Below the pieces are notes generated by a model. It saw only the letters and a list, made by a program, of their open reading frames with translations. It did no database searches and was not told the origin of the DNA. The position numbers and the translations under genes are program-made. From positions 67,114,732 to 67,178,731 of the forward strand of contig NC_057718.1 in NCBI RefSeq assembly GCF_004010195.1: 64,000 nucleotides of DNA. Direction: 5' to 3'. This DNA comes from Chiloscyllium plagiosum (Eukaryota). Below, in pieces: positions 13,812-25,552 of this stretch; position 1 is the stretch's first letter, and each line of letters opens with the position of its first letter.

Positions 13812-13846
13812 GAATTGAATTGAATTGAATTGAATTGAATTGAATT
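13812..13846. repeat. (GAATT)7 microsatellite, the 3' tail of the Rex1 element
   Basis: Seven perfect GAATT units directly adjoining the element's 3'UTR. Confidence 0.95.
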
Positions 13847-15867
13847 TCTTGTCACGTATACTGAGGCACAGTGAAAAGCGTTGTCTTGTGAGCAATACAG
13901 GTAGAATACAGAGTTAAGTAGCATAGATAGTAAATAATAGGTAAACAGTGACAAAAACAAAAACACAGGTACAGGCACATGTTAAGAATTTGTGAGTCCA
14001 TTCAGTATTCTAACAACAGTAGGGGAGAAACTGTTGAGAAACTGGTTGGTGCATGTGTTCAGGTTTCTGTACCTTCTTCCCGATGGTAGAGGTTGTAGAC
14101 AAGCATTGCCAGGGTGAGATGGATCTTTGAGAATGGTGGCAGCCTTTCCTTGAGAGCGGGTCTGGTAGAAGGATTCTACAGATGGGAGGTTGGTCTTTGT
14201 GATTATCCGGGCCGAGCACACCACTCTCTGTAACCATCTCCGATCTTGAATGGTACAGTTGCCATACCAGGTAGTGATACATCCAGTCAGAATGCTCTCT
14301 TTGGCGCACCTATAAAAGTTGGCAAGGGTATTCGCTGTCATACCAAATTTCCTCAGCTGCCTGAGGAAGAAGAGGTGTTGTTGGGCCTTTGTAACCAGTG
14401 CATCCACATAAGGAGTCCAAGAAAGCTTGTTGTGGATAACCACTCCCAGGAGCTTGACACTGTCCAGTCGTTCCACCTCTATGCTGTTAATGTGTAGAGG
14501 GGCATGAATGACATCCCGCTGAAAATCAATAATGAGTCCCTTGGTTTTGCTGGCATTGAGAGCTAGGTTGTTCTCAGTGCACAATTTTTCCAGGTCTTCC
14601 ACCTCCCGTCTGTAGTCTGTTTCGTCACCATCTGAGATTCGACAGAGTATGGTGGTGTCATCAGCAAACTTGTAAATGGCTTTAGTCTGGTATTTGGTGA
14701 CGCAGTCATGGGTATACAGTGAGTACGTAGGGGGCTGAGTACACACCCCTGGTGGGGGGCTCCAGTGTTGAGTGTTAGTGACGATGAAATATTATCCCCA
14801 GTCTTCACTGATTGTGGCCTGTGGGTCAGAAAACTGAGGATTTATTTGCAGAGAGTGGGGCTTGGTCCAAGATAACTAAGTTTAGTAATCAGGCCAGAGG
14901 GGATAATAGTGTCGAAGGCTGAACTGTAGTCAATGAGTAGGATTCTTATGTAGCTGTTGATGGTGTCAAGATGTTCTAGGGAGGAGTGAAGGGCAAGTGA
15001 CACGTCATCTGACATGGATCTGTTGGTCAGATTGGCAAATTGGAGTGGGTTAAGAGTAGTGGGGAGGCTGGAGTTGATTAATGCCATGACCAATGTTTCA
15101 AAGCACTTCATGACCATCGAAGTTAGGGCCACTGGGCGGTAGTCATTGAGCTGCATGAGCCTTCTTAGGTACAGGGATGATGTTGGCCCTCTTGAAACAG
15201 GCAGTGACAGTGGCCTGTTGCAGGGAGAGGTTGAAGATGTCCAAGAAGATCTTTGCCAGTTGATCTGCGCATGCTCTGAGTGCACGGCCTGATACTCCAT
15301 CTGATCCCATCACTTTCCTTGGACTCACGCGAAGGAAAACTGATCTGACCTCTTATGCAGTTCATCAGGACTTGTCAGAATAGGTGTTACCACTGCAATT
15401 CTGCTCAAAGCGAGCATAGAAGGCATCGAGACAATCTGGGAGGGATATGTCATCGTCTGCTATCTTGCACTGTCTCTGTTTAGAACCTGTGATGTCATTC
15501 AGTCCTTGCCATAGTAGCCAGGTGTCTGTCTGGGTCTCTAGTTTGGATCGGAATTGGTCCTTAGCTATCTTAATGGCTCTGCAAGGTCATACTTGGATTC
15601 CTTATATTTGAGTGAATGTCCTGATCTGAAGGCCTCATGCCTAGTTTTTAGCAGGTTCTGTGCGTCCTGATTCATCCAGAGTTTCCTGTTGGGGAACACA
15701 CGGACTGACCTTCTCGGTATGCAGTCCTCCAAACACTTGTCGATAAAGTCTGAGAGGGTGATGGTGTACTCGTCCAAGGTACCTGCGGACTGATTGAACA
15801 TGGCCCAGTCAGCTGATTCCAGACAGCATCAGAGTTGATCCTCCACCTGCTTTGACCAGACTGTGCT
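13812..15867 (-). mobile_element. Rex1/Babar-type non-LTR retrotransposon, 5'-truncated and frameshifted
   Basis: RT motifs NDYRPVALTS..MKCFE, LIDYSSAF.TI, GAP.QGCVLSP, KFADDTT. The C-terminal KAQQ.LFFLR.LRKFG..NFYRCA.ESILTGCITTWYGNCT is typical of Rex1. Microsatellite 3' tail. Confidence 0.88.
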
Positions 15868-15999
15868 ATTGAACATAACATACTGAAATGTTTGTTACAG
15901 TTCACTGTTACATTTTAGTATTAGATTCACAAACAAATTTCTCAGCTAGAATCAGGTACAGTTAGTTACAGAAAGTAGCATACTTCCATCAGAGAGTCA

Positions 16000-16430
16000 C
16001 GCTTCTAATGGTCCAAGTTAAGATGGATGCTGACGTTGCTGTCCCATCAGTAGTAGGCATATCTACATCCTGTCACAAAACAACTCTTCCTGGGTGCACT
16101 TTAAACATTCCACTAAAGTGATCCCATTTAATGTTAGCAAAATCAAAATTCCCTACAATTACATCGCTGCTTCTTTCACACCTTTCTGTTGTTTGCCTAA
16201 ATTTCTGCTTCTTTATTTCCTTTTCATTGTTGGGAGGCCTGTAGTATAATCCCAGTAAAGTAATTGCCCTTTTTTATTACAAAGGTCTGCCCAATGGCCT
16301 CATTTGAAGGCCTTTCTACAACATCCAGCATCATTACAGCAGTGATGGTTTCCTTTATCAATAATGCAATGCCCCCCCGCCCTTACTTGCCCCCATATTG
16401 TACCTGAAATCGCTGAACCCTGGAATATTG
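16000..16430 (-). mobile_element. Old CR1 APE-domain remnant
   Basis: Reverse complement of GLYYRPPN (ttgggaggcctgtagtataatccc) plus neighbouring GGAL.I-like sequence; heavily decayed. Confidence 0.6.
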
Positions 16431-16622
16431 TCAGAAGTCACACAACACCAAGTTCTCATCCAACAAGTTTATTTGAAATCATAGGCTTTTGGAGTGTTGC
16501 TCCTTCATCAGGTGAAGTGACATCATCTGACAAAGGAGCAATGATTCCAAAGCCTGTGATTTCAAATAAACCCGTTGGTCTATAACCTGGTGCCTTGTGA
16601 CTTCTGACTTTGTCCAACCCAG
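16431..16622. mobile_element. PLE terminus hairpin (family B); continues at 21347-21386 after the large PLE insertion
   Basis: Inverted arms tcagaagtcacacaacacca...tttatttgaaatca / tgatttcaaataaa...tgccttgtgacttctga. A decayed hammerhead core (CTGATGAAGGAGCAACACTCCAAAA) lies on the minus strand. Confidence 0.8.
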
Positions 16623-19600
16623 GCAAAAGTGAGGATTGTAGATGCTGGAGATTACAGTCAAGATTAGAGTGGTGCTGGAAAAGCACAGCAGGTCAGGCAG
16701 GATCCAAGGAGCAGGAAAATTGCCATTTGGTGCAAAAGCCCTCCATCAGGAATGAGGCTGTGAGCCCTCAGGGGTGGAGAGATAAATGGGAGGGGGTGGG
16801 GCTGGGGGGAAGGTAGATGAGAGTGCAATAGGTGGATGGAGGTAGGTCAGAGAGAAGGGTGGAGTGGATAGATGGGACAGATCATGAGGATGGCACTGAG
16901 CTAGAAGGTTGGAACTAGGGTAAAGTGGGGAGAGGGGAAATAAGGTAACTGGTGAAGTCCACGTTGATGCCCTGGAGTTGAAGAGTCCCAAGGCGAAAGA
17001 TGAGACGTTCTTCCTTCGGGCGTCGGGTGGTGAGGGAGTGGCGATGGAGGAGGTCCAGAGTCGTCATGCCCTCGGCAAAGTGGGAGGGGGAGTTGAAGTG
17101 TTCAGCCATAGGGCAGCGGGATTGATTGGTGCAGGTGTCCCAGAGATGTTCTCTGAAGCACTCTCCCAGTGTAGAGGAGACTGCATCGGGAGCAGGATAC
17201 AATAAATGACATGTGTGGAAGTACAGGTGAAACTTTGGTGGATGTGGAAGGCTCCTGTGGGGCTTTGGACAGAAGTGAGCGGGGGAGGTGCGGGCACAGT
17301 TTTGCAATTCCTGTAGTGGCAGGGGAAGGTGCCAGGAGGGGAGAGTGGGTTGTTAGGGGGCATGGACCTGACCAGGTAGTCACAGAGGGAATGATCTTTA
17401 CGGAAAGCGGATAGGGGTAGGGAGGGAAATATATCTCTGGTGGTGGGGTCTGTTTGTAGATGGCAGAAATGGCGGAGGATGTTGCGATGTACACAGAGGT
17501 TGATAGGGTGAAAGGTGAGGATCATGCAGGGTTCTGTCCTTGTTGCAGTTGGAGGAGTGGGGTTTGACAGTGGAGGTGCGGGACGTGGATAAGATGCGCT
17601 GGAGGGCATCATCAACCACGTGAGAGGGGAAATCGCGGTCTTTAAAGTGGGAGGCCATCTGGTGTGTTCTATGGTGGAACTGGTCCTCCTGGAAGCAGAG
17701 GCTGCAGAGGTGGAGGAATTGGGAATAGGGGATAGTGTTTTTGCAGGAGGCATGGTGGGAGGATGTGTAATCCAGGTAGCTCCCCGGAGTCAGTGGATTT
17801 GTAGAAAATTTCAGTGTTGAGTTGGTCACCATTGATGGAGAAGGAGAGGTCCAGGAAGAGGAGAGAGGTATTGGAGATGGTCCAGGTGAATTTAAGGTCG
17901 GGATAGAAGGTGTTGGTGAAGTTGATGAACTGCTCAACCTCCTCGTGGGAAAAAGAGGTGGCGCCAATGCAGTCATCACTGTAGCAGAGGAAAAGGTAGA
18001 GAGTGGTGCTGGTGTAACTCCGGAAGACAATGAGACAGGCATAGCTGGGGCCCATTCGGGTGCCCATGGCTACCCCTCTTGTCTGGAGGAAGTGGGAGGA
18101 TTCAAAAGAGAAATTGTTCAGAGTGAGGGCCAGTTCAGCCAAACAAATAAGAGTGTTGGTGGAAAGGTACTGGTGGAGACACTGGGAGAAGAAGAAATGG
18201 AGGGCTTAGAGGCCCTGGTCATGGCGGATGGAGGTGTAAAGGGACTGGATGTCCGCGGTGAAGATGAGGCATAGGGGGCCACGGAAATGGAGGTCTTGGA
18301 GGAGGTGGAATGCATAGGTGGTGTCCCAAACTTATGTGGGGAGTTCCTGGACCGCGGGCAGGATGGGACAGTATCGAAGTAGGTGGAGATGAATTCGGTG
18401 GGGCAGGAGCAGGCTGAGATCATATGTTGGCGGGGATAGTCAGGCTTGTGGATCTTAGGTAAGAGGTAGAATTGGGCGGTGCACGGTTCTCGAACTATGA
18501 GGTTGAAAGCTGTGGATGGGAGATCCCTTGAGGTAATGAGGCTGTGTATGGTCTGGGAGATGACGGTTTGATGATGGGGATGAGGTCATGGTCGAGGGGG
18601 CGGCAGGCGGAGGTTTCTTCGAGTTGGCACCTGACGTCAGCTGTGTAGAGGTCAGTGCGCCAAACTACCACTGCACCCCCTTTGTCTGCTGGTTTGATAG
18701 TGAGGTTAGGGTTGGAGCAGAGGGAGTGGAAGGCTGCGCATTGTGAGGATGAACGATTGGAGGTAGGGGAAGAGGCTAGACAGGTTGAGGCGGTCAATGT
18801 CTCGGCAGCAGTTGGAAATAAAGAGGTCGAGAGTGGGTAACAGACCGGCACGGGGTGTCCAGGTGGATGGAGTGTGTTGGAGGTGGGCAATAGTCTTGAT
18901 TGAAAACTTAAGCCCAGAGGTGGGAGGTGGCAGAACAAGTGTTCAACATTACAACGCGTATTGAATTTGTTAATGAGTGGATGGAAGGGGATGAAGGTAA
19001 GGCCTTTGCTGAGGACTGATCGTTTGTCCTCAGTGAGGGGGAGGTCTGGGGGGATAGTGAAAACCCGGCAGGACTGGGAGCTATGACTTGGTGTAGGGCT
19101 GGAGCTGTGAGTGAGGGCGGAAACTGTAACTAGAGTCGGCGTGTTAGTGGGGTGAACGGGGTTGACGTCGTTTGCAGAAATGATGCTCACCCTGGGGTTC
19201 TCGGGGGCAGGGATGGTGACAGTGGGCTCTGTGGGGGACATGTCAGCGGTGTGCAGGTGAGTGGTGTCAGTGGGGGAGGAAGTGGTTGTGACAACGGCAG
19301 CTGCAGGGGCAGAAGTGGCGGAATGCGTGGCATCAGTGATGATGTATGGGGCAGAAGTGACGAAACGTGTGGTGTACATCATGTCGTTGGGGGCGAAAAT
19401 GGCTGCGGCAGCGGCCACAAACAGGGCGAAAGTCGTGGAACACATGGCATCGGTGATGTTGGAGGGGGCGGACGTGTGGTTCCAGTTGGGCTTTGCGTTG
19501 ATCTTGGCGCTGACGGATCTCACAGTGATTACGGTGGCGGTTGTCTGGTCGCTGGTTGTGGAGGCCGCATGAGCAACCGTGGCTGCAAGCTGCCGGATGG

Positions 19601-21346
19601 CGGGGACGGAGATGATGTTATCGATCGCCGCGGTGATGATGGCTGGCACAGCCTCGTGGCTGATGGTGGCCAGGCAGTTCCGGCAGCCGGAAGAAGCTTC
19701 TAGAATGTTCGAGGAACACTGACTATTGAGGAACATAAACGTTTGTTGTATTTACAGTTTTGGATGTTTGAAATTATGTAAAAATATAGTTTGTTAAGTG
19801 TATGAATTCTTCTGAGGATATAATACAGCAGGGGTCCTTTGAAGTTCTGAGAGAGTGTGGCCCTCAGTTGAGGCATAGCTGACTGTAGAGAGGTGAGGTG
19901 GTGGCGCATGACTGCGCCTGTGGAGCAGAGGATCCGGGAGGAGAACCATAGCTGGAAGTTTTGAATTTGTAGCCGGTACTGCTTGTCCTGTTCAGGGCCA
20001 AACTGTGTTGGTCTGAATGTGGTTCCGATCAGTTGGTTCCATTGACAGGCACTGAGGAAGGGGATGTAGCTGTGGTAGTGAGTCTGTTTCAGGACATCGC
20101 TGAAGAGCTTCAGGAGAGACGAGATAACCTGGGGGTTGCAGTGAGAGAGATCCTTGTAGAGAGAGAGGAGGAGAACTTCTTCAAGATGGGCCTCCTTGGA
20201 AAAGGATTTGCAGTAAAGTTAAAATTAACCGGGTACTGTTAACTCCTGAGTGAGTACTGCAGATGCTGAAGATTAGAGTCAAGATTAGTGTGGTGCTGGA
20301 AAACACAGCAGGTCAGGCAGCATCCGAGGAGCAGCAATACTGATGTTTCGGGCATTACAATTCCAGGTAACAGATCAAAAAGAGTGCATATTTACTCATC
20401 CCTTATTATCAGTGACTGGTTAGATCCTGCGTCTGTCACCGCAGGAACTCCAAAACCTGCACCCACCCCTCCCCCCTCACCTCCGTGCAAGGCCCCAAAG
20501 GAGCCTTCCACATCCATCAAAGTTTCACCTGCGCTTCCACACATGTCACTTACTCTCGATGTGGTCTGCTCTACTCACAGAGCGCTTCAGAGAACATCTC
20601 TGGGACACTCACACCAACCAACCCCACCGCCCTGTGGCCGAACACTTCAACTCCCCCCAAACTACTCCCCCCCCCCCACCTCTGCCGTGGGCCTTCTCCA
20701 CTGCTACTCCCTTACCATCTGACCATTGAAGGAAGAATGCCTCATCTTTCACCTTAGGACCCTTCAACCCAGGGCATCGATGTGGACTTCACCAGTTTCC
20801 ACATTTCCCCTCCCCTCATCTTACCTCAGTTCCAACCTTCCAGCTTAGCACCATGTTCATGACCTGTCTCATCCCATTCCTNNNNNNNNNNNNNNNNNNN
20901 NNNNNNNNNNNNNNNNNNNNNNNNNNNNNNNNNNNNNNNNNNNNNNNNNNNNNNNNNNNNNNNNNNNNNNNNNNNNNNNNNNNNNNNNNNNNNNNNNNNN
21001 NNNNNNNNNNNNNNNNNNNNNNNNNNNNNNNNNNNNNNNNNNNNNNNNNNNNNNNNNNNNNNNNNNNNNNNNNNNNNNNNNNNNNNNNNNNNNNNCCCAC
21101 CACCTTACCCCAGTTCCAACCTTCCAGCTCAGCACAGCCCTCATGACCTGTCAATCTTTCTTCCCACCTATCTGTTCCAGCCTTCCCTCCGACCTATCAC
21201 CTTCACCCCCACCTCCATTCACCTATTGCACTCTCAGCTACCTTCACCCTCCCAGCCCACCCCCCTCCCTTTAATCTCTCTATCCCTGAGGCTCTCAGCC
21301 TCATTCCTGAATAAGGGTTTTTGCCCGAAACATCGATTTTCCTGAT
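16623..21346 (-). mobile_element. Composite Penelope-like element: N-terminal domain, low-complexity spacer, RT and GIY-YIG endonuclease, with a direct pLTR and an inverted 5' segment
   Basis: Minus-strand motifs: RVFTIPPDLPLTED..SVLSKGLTFIP, IKPADKGGAVVVW, LTLNNFSF....FLQ..GVAMGT.MGPSYA, Y.DDCIG, YLDYTSSH..SCK..IPYSQF, FTCTS..VIYCI, FREHL, AEHFNS..H. pLTR copies at 16623-16760 and ~20250-20367; inverted 3'-end copy at ~20445-21346 (+). Flanked by a 15-bp TSD. Confidence 0.9.
20882..21095. other. Assembly gap (214 N)
   Basis: Run of n bases within the inverted PLE segment. Confidence 1.
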
Positions 21347-21453
21347 CTTTGTTCAATCCAGTCCAACACCAGCACCTCCACACCATATTTATTTATTGTC
21401 ATGAGAACTTGTTGCATATAGTTGTTACAATACAGTGAAATGTCTTATACAAG

Positions 21454-24240
21454 GTCACAGAGTGCTATAACACAGAGATAGGCCCTTTGGCCCAGACTGG
21501 TCCATGTCTCCAGCATCTGCAGTCCTCACGTTTGCCTATGTCGACCAAAATGTCCGTCCATACTAACCACAGTTCCCTGCATTTGGCCCACATCATTCTA
21601 ATTCTTTCCTATCCATATATTTATCCAAATGACCTTTAAATGTTGTTAATGTAAATAGTGATGGGAAAGGATAGACCAGATATAAAAGTTCAAGTTCTAA
21701 GTTGGAGGAAAGCCAATTTTGATGGTACTAAGCAAGAACTTTCAAAAGCTGACCGAGGGCAGGTAAAGGGACAGCTGGAAAATGGGAAGCCTTCAGAAAT
21801 GAGATAGCGAGTGTCCAGAGATATTATATACCTGTTAGGTTGGTAGGTATAGGGAATGCGGGATGACTAAAGTAATTGAGGGTTTATTTAAGAAAAAGAA
21901 AGTATAGACAGGATAGATCGGGTGAATCCTTAGAAGAGTATAAAGGCAGTAGGAGTATACTTAAGAGAGAAATCAGAAGGGCAAAACGGAGACATGAGAT
22001 AGCTTTGGCAAATAATGTTAAGGAGAATTCAAAAGGTTCTTACAAATACATTAAGGACAAAAGGGTAACGAGGGAGAGAATATAGCCCCTCAAAGATCAG
22101 CAAGACGGTCTTTGTGTGGAGCCGCAGGAGATGGGGGAGATACTAAACGAGTATTTTGCATCAGTATTTACTGTGGAAAAGGACATGGAAGATAGAGAAT
22201 GTGAGGAAATAGATGGTGACATCTTGAAAAATGTCCATATTACAGAGGAGGATGTCTTGAAACGGGTAAAGGTGGATAAATCCCCAAGACCTGATCAGGT
22301 GTACCCTAGAACTTTGTGGGAAGCTAAAAAAGTGATTGCTGGGCCCCTTGCTGAGATATTTCTATCATTGATAGTCACAGGTGAAGTGCCAGAAGACTGG
22401 AGGATGGCAAAGGTGGTGCCACTGTTTAAGAAGGGTGGTAAGGACAAGCCAGGGAACTATAGACCAGTGAGCCTGACGTCGGTGGTGGGCAAGTTGTTGG
22501 AGGGAATCCTGAAGGACAGGATGTACATGTATTTGGAAAGGCAAGAGCTTATTAGAGATAGTCAACATGGCTTTGTGTGTGGGAAATCATGTTTCACAAA
22601 CTTGATTGAGTTTTTTGAGGAAGTAATAAAGAGGATTGATGAGGGCAGAGTGGTAGATGTGATCTATATGGACTTCAGTAAGGCGTTCGACAAGGTTCCC
22701 CATGGGAGACTGATTAGCAAGGTTATATCTCATGGAATACAGGGAGAACAAGACATTTGGATACAGAACTGGCTTAAAGGTAGAAGACAGAGGTTGGTGG
22801 TGGAGGGTTGTTTGTCAGACTGAAGGCCTGTGACCATTGGAGTGCCACAAGGATCGGTGCTGGGTCCACTACTTTTCATCATTTATATAAATGGTTTGGA
22901 TGTGAGCATAAGAGTTATAGATAGTAAGTTTGCTGATGATACCAAAATTGGAGGTGTAGTGGACAGCGAAGAAAGTTACCTTACATTACAACGGGATCTT
23001 GATCAGATGGGCCAATGGGCTGAGAAGTGGCAAATGGAGTTTAATTTAGATAAATATGAGGTGCTGCATTTTGGGAAAGCAAATCTTAGTAGAACTTATG
23101 CACTTAATGGTAAGGTCCCAGGGAATGTTACTGAACAAAGAGACCTTAGAATGCAGGTTCATAGCTCCTTGAAAGTGGAGTCGCAGGTAGATAGGATAGT
23201 GAAAAAGGCATTTGGTATGCATTCCTTTACTGGTCAGAGTACTGAGTGTAGGAGTTGGGAGGTCATGTTGCAGCTGTACAGGACATTGGTTAGGCCACTG
23301 TTGGAATATTGTGTGCAATTCTGGTCTCCTTCCTACTGGAAAGATTTTGTGAAACTTGAAAGGGTTCAGAAAAGATTTATAAGGATGATGCCAGGGTTGG
23401 AGGATTTGAACTATAGGGAGAGTTTGAATAGGCTGGGGCTGTTTTCCTTGGAACGTCAGAGATTGAGGGGTGACCTTATAGAGGTTTATAAAATCATGAG
23501 GGGCATGGATAGGATAAATAGACAAAGTCTTTTCCCTGGCTTGGGGGAGTCCAGAGCTAGAGGGTATGGGTTTAGGGTGCGAAGGGAAAGATATAGAAGA
23601 GACCTAAGGGGCAACCTTTTCACTCAGAGGGTGGTACGTGTATGGAATGAGCTGCCAGAGGAAGTGGTGGAGGCTGGTACAATTGCAACATTTAAAAAGT
23701 ATCTGGATGTGTACATGAATAGGACGGGTTTGGAGGGATATGGGCCAGGTGTTAGCAAGTGGGACTAGATTGGGTTGGGATATCTGGATGAGTTGGACCG
23801 AAGGGTCTGTTTCCGTGCTGTACATCTCTATGACTCTATGTACCTACGCCATCACTTCTGCTGGCAGCTCATTCCATATACGTACCACCCTCCGTGTGAA
23901 AAAAAGTTACCCCTCAAGTTCCCTTTTATTCTTCACCCTCTAAAATTCACAGCGTATTCACCCTATTCATGCTTCTCATGATCCTGTACACCTTTGTAGG
24001 GTTCCCCCTCAGTCTCCTATGCTCGAAACAAAAAAGCCATAGCTTGCCCAACCTCTCCCATTAACTCAAACCATTGAGCCCAGGCAACATCCTAGTACAT
24101 TTCTTACGCACTCTTTCCAGTTTCATAACAACCTTCCTGCAACCAGGTGACCAATCTGAACACAATATTCCAAGTGTGGCCTCACCAATGTCTTGTATGA
24201 CTACAACATCACTTCCCAACTTCTGTACTTAATGCCCTAA
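21454..24240 (-). mobile_element. Older CR1 3' fragment (21454-21653 + 23838-24240) split by a younger CR1
   Basis: Tail/3'UTR at 21454-21650 continues in register at 23843 (cctacgccatcacttctgctggcagctcattcc). ATGTA is duplicated at 21649-53 and 23838-42. Confidence 0.75.
21654..23837 (+). mobile_element. CR1 LINE ORF2 with a nearly complete RT and 3' tail
   Basis: ORFs 22116-22823 and 22830-23768 are in one frame, split by a single TGA at a conserved Trp. Motifs NYRPVSLTSVVGK, SQHGF, DFSKAFDKVPH, GVPQGSVLGP, KFADDTK; tail tctctatgactctatg. Confidence 0.95.
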
Positions 24241-25165
24241 TTCAATATGCACCAGAAACAATATTCAACCATTGAAAAATAGTTGTTGAGTTTGTTCATG
24301 TTGCAAACAACGTATCAGGGATGATTGTGTATTCCAATCACAATCCTTTGTCATTTCTGGATAGATTTAAGGACAGGAACACCAGATTATTTTGTTGAAG
24401 TGTCATGTTACAATCATTTAATTTACAGATTGTGCATGTTGCGGGTCATGAAAATATTATCGCAGATGCTTTATCGTGAGTTTAAAACAAAAATTCTTAT
24501 TTAAGATAGAAATGGTAGTTTTCAATGTTATACACACATATATATAAATAGAATTGCTATAAAATGTGTAATTTCAGATTAATGAGCTGTGAATCTAGTA
24601 ATATAATGAAGTTAAGGTTTTAAAAGAAAAAAAATCAAGCCATCTTTTCATAGTGATAGTTCATTTTTTGCTTAGTGGGTGTTGTTGCAAAGTTGGGTAG
24701 AGTAATTATAGATTAGGATGCAGGAAGTTAGAATAAGGTGTTTATAAAATTGTAAAATTATAAAATGGGGACCCTTTAAACAATAGTGTTATTCTGTGCT
24801 TAGAGGTTTAAAATGGATGCCTGTGAATAGCAGCTTGAAAGCTTGCTAGTACACAGAGGCCGAACTGAAACACTTGTATTGAAAGGCCATACAGTTAGCA
24901 GGCCAAGCAGCAATTTTTAACCAAGACAATAGGCTTTTGAATTTAGCCAATTAATTTAAATCAGGCACTTTGATACCAAAAATCTATTAAATTTAAATTT
25001 GTTGGTCTTGACAACAATGGACCAATCCTATTGTAAGAAACATTGACATGTCATCAAGGGTATAAAAGAAGGGGGCACTTGGACAAAGACCCCAGAGCAA
25101 GCTGCTAATCCCTCAGAGTTAACGGTCCTCAGGTCTCAAGGGCTTTTCGAGCACCACACGTTTTG
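24241..25165 (+). mobile_element. Gypsy LTR retrotransposon 3' remnant: RNase H end, 3'UTR and partial LTR (Gmr1-like)
   Basis: 24241-24486 reads HQKQYSTIEK...IVYSNHNPLSFL..FKD.NTRL....MLQSFNLQIVHVAG.ENIIADALS and then stops. An LTR-like region from ~24682 has TATAAAA at ~25062. Confidence 0.7.
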
Positions 25166-25166
25166 A

Positions 25167-25552
25167 CTTAGAAGGATATGGGAGATCTCATTGAAACGTA
25201 CAGAATATTAAGAGGCTGGGGACATGGAGGATATGCTTCCATTATTAAGAGAAGCTGGGACTCGAGGTCATAGCCTCAGTGTGAAGGAACGTCCCTTTGG
25301 AAATGGATGAGAAGGAATTTCTTCCCCCAGAGGTTGGTGAATCTGTGGAACTTATTGCCACAGAAGGTTGTGAAGGCCATGCCATTGAATGTATTTGAGA
25401 GATATAGATAGGTTTTTGATTAGTAAGGGACCAAAGTTTGCAGGGAGAAGGCAGGAGAATGGGTCTGAGAAACACATAGCCATGATCAAATAGCAGGGCT
25501 AACCCAATGGGCCAAATGACCTAATTTTGCTCCTTTATTTTATGGCCTTATG
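25167..25552 (+). mobile_element. Old CR1 3' fragment
   Basis: GDLIETYRIL.G and NFF..RVVNLWN.LP.K.V motifs plus CR1 3'UTR. Confidence 0.75.

Noticed and set aside
18495..19736. The 413-aa ORF as a mucin or host surface protein
   Set aside because: It runs in frame into PLE motifs (LSKGLTFIP) and later IKPADKGGAVVVW, and lies inside a TSD-bounded Penelope element.
20815..21155. Similar ~50-bp sequence on both sides of the N gap as a real tandem repeat
   Set aside because: Cannot be resolved across the gap. It may be a tandem pLTR or an assembly overlap; ORFs spanning the Ns are artefacts.
22116..23768. Intact reverse transcriptase gene
   Set aside because: It is 5'-truncated CR1 ORF2 with an in-frame TGA at 22821 and upstream frameshifts; not a functional CDS.
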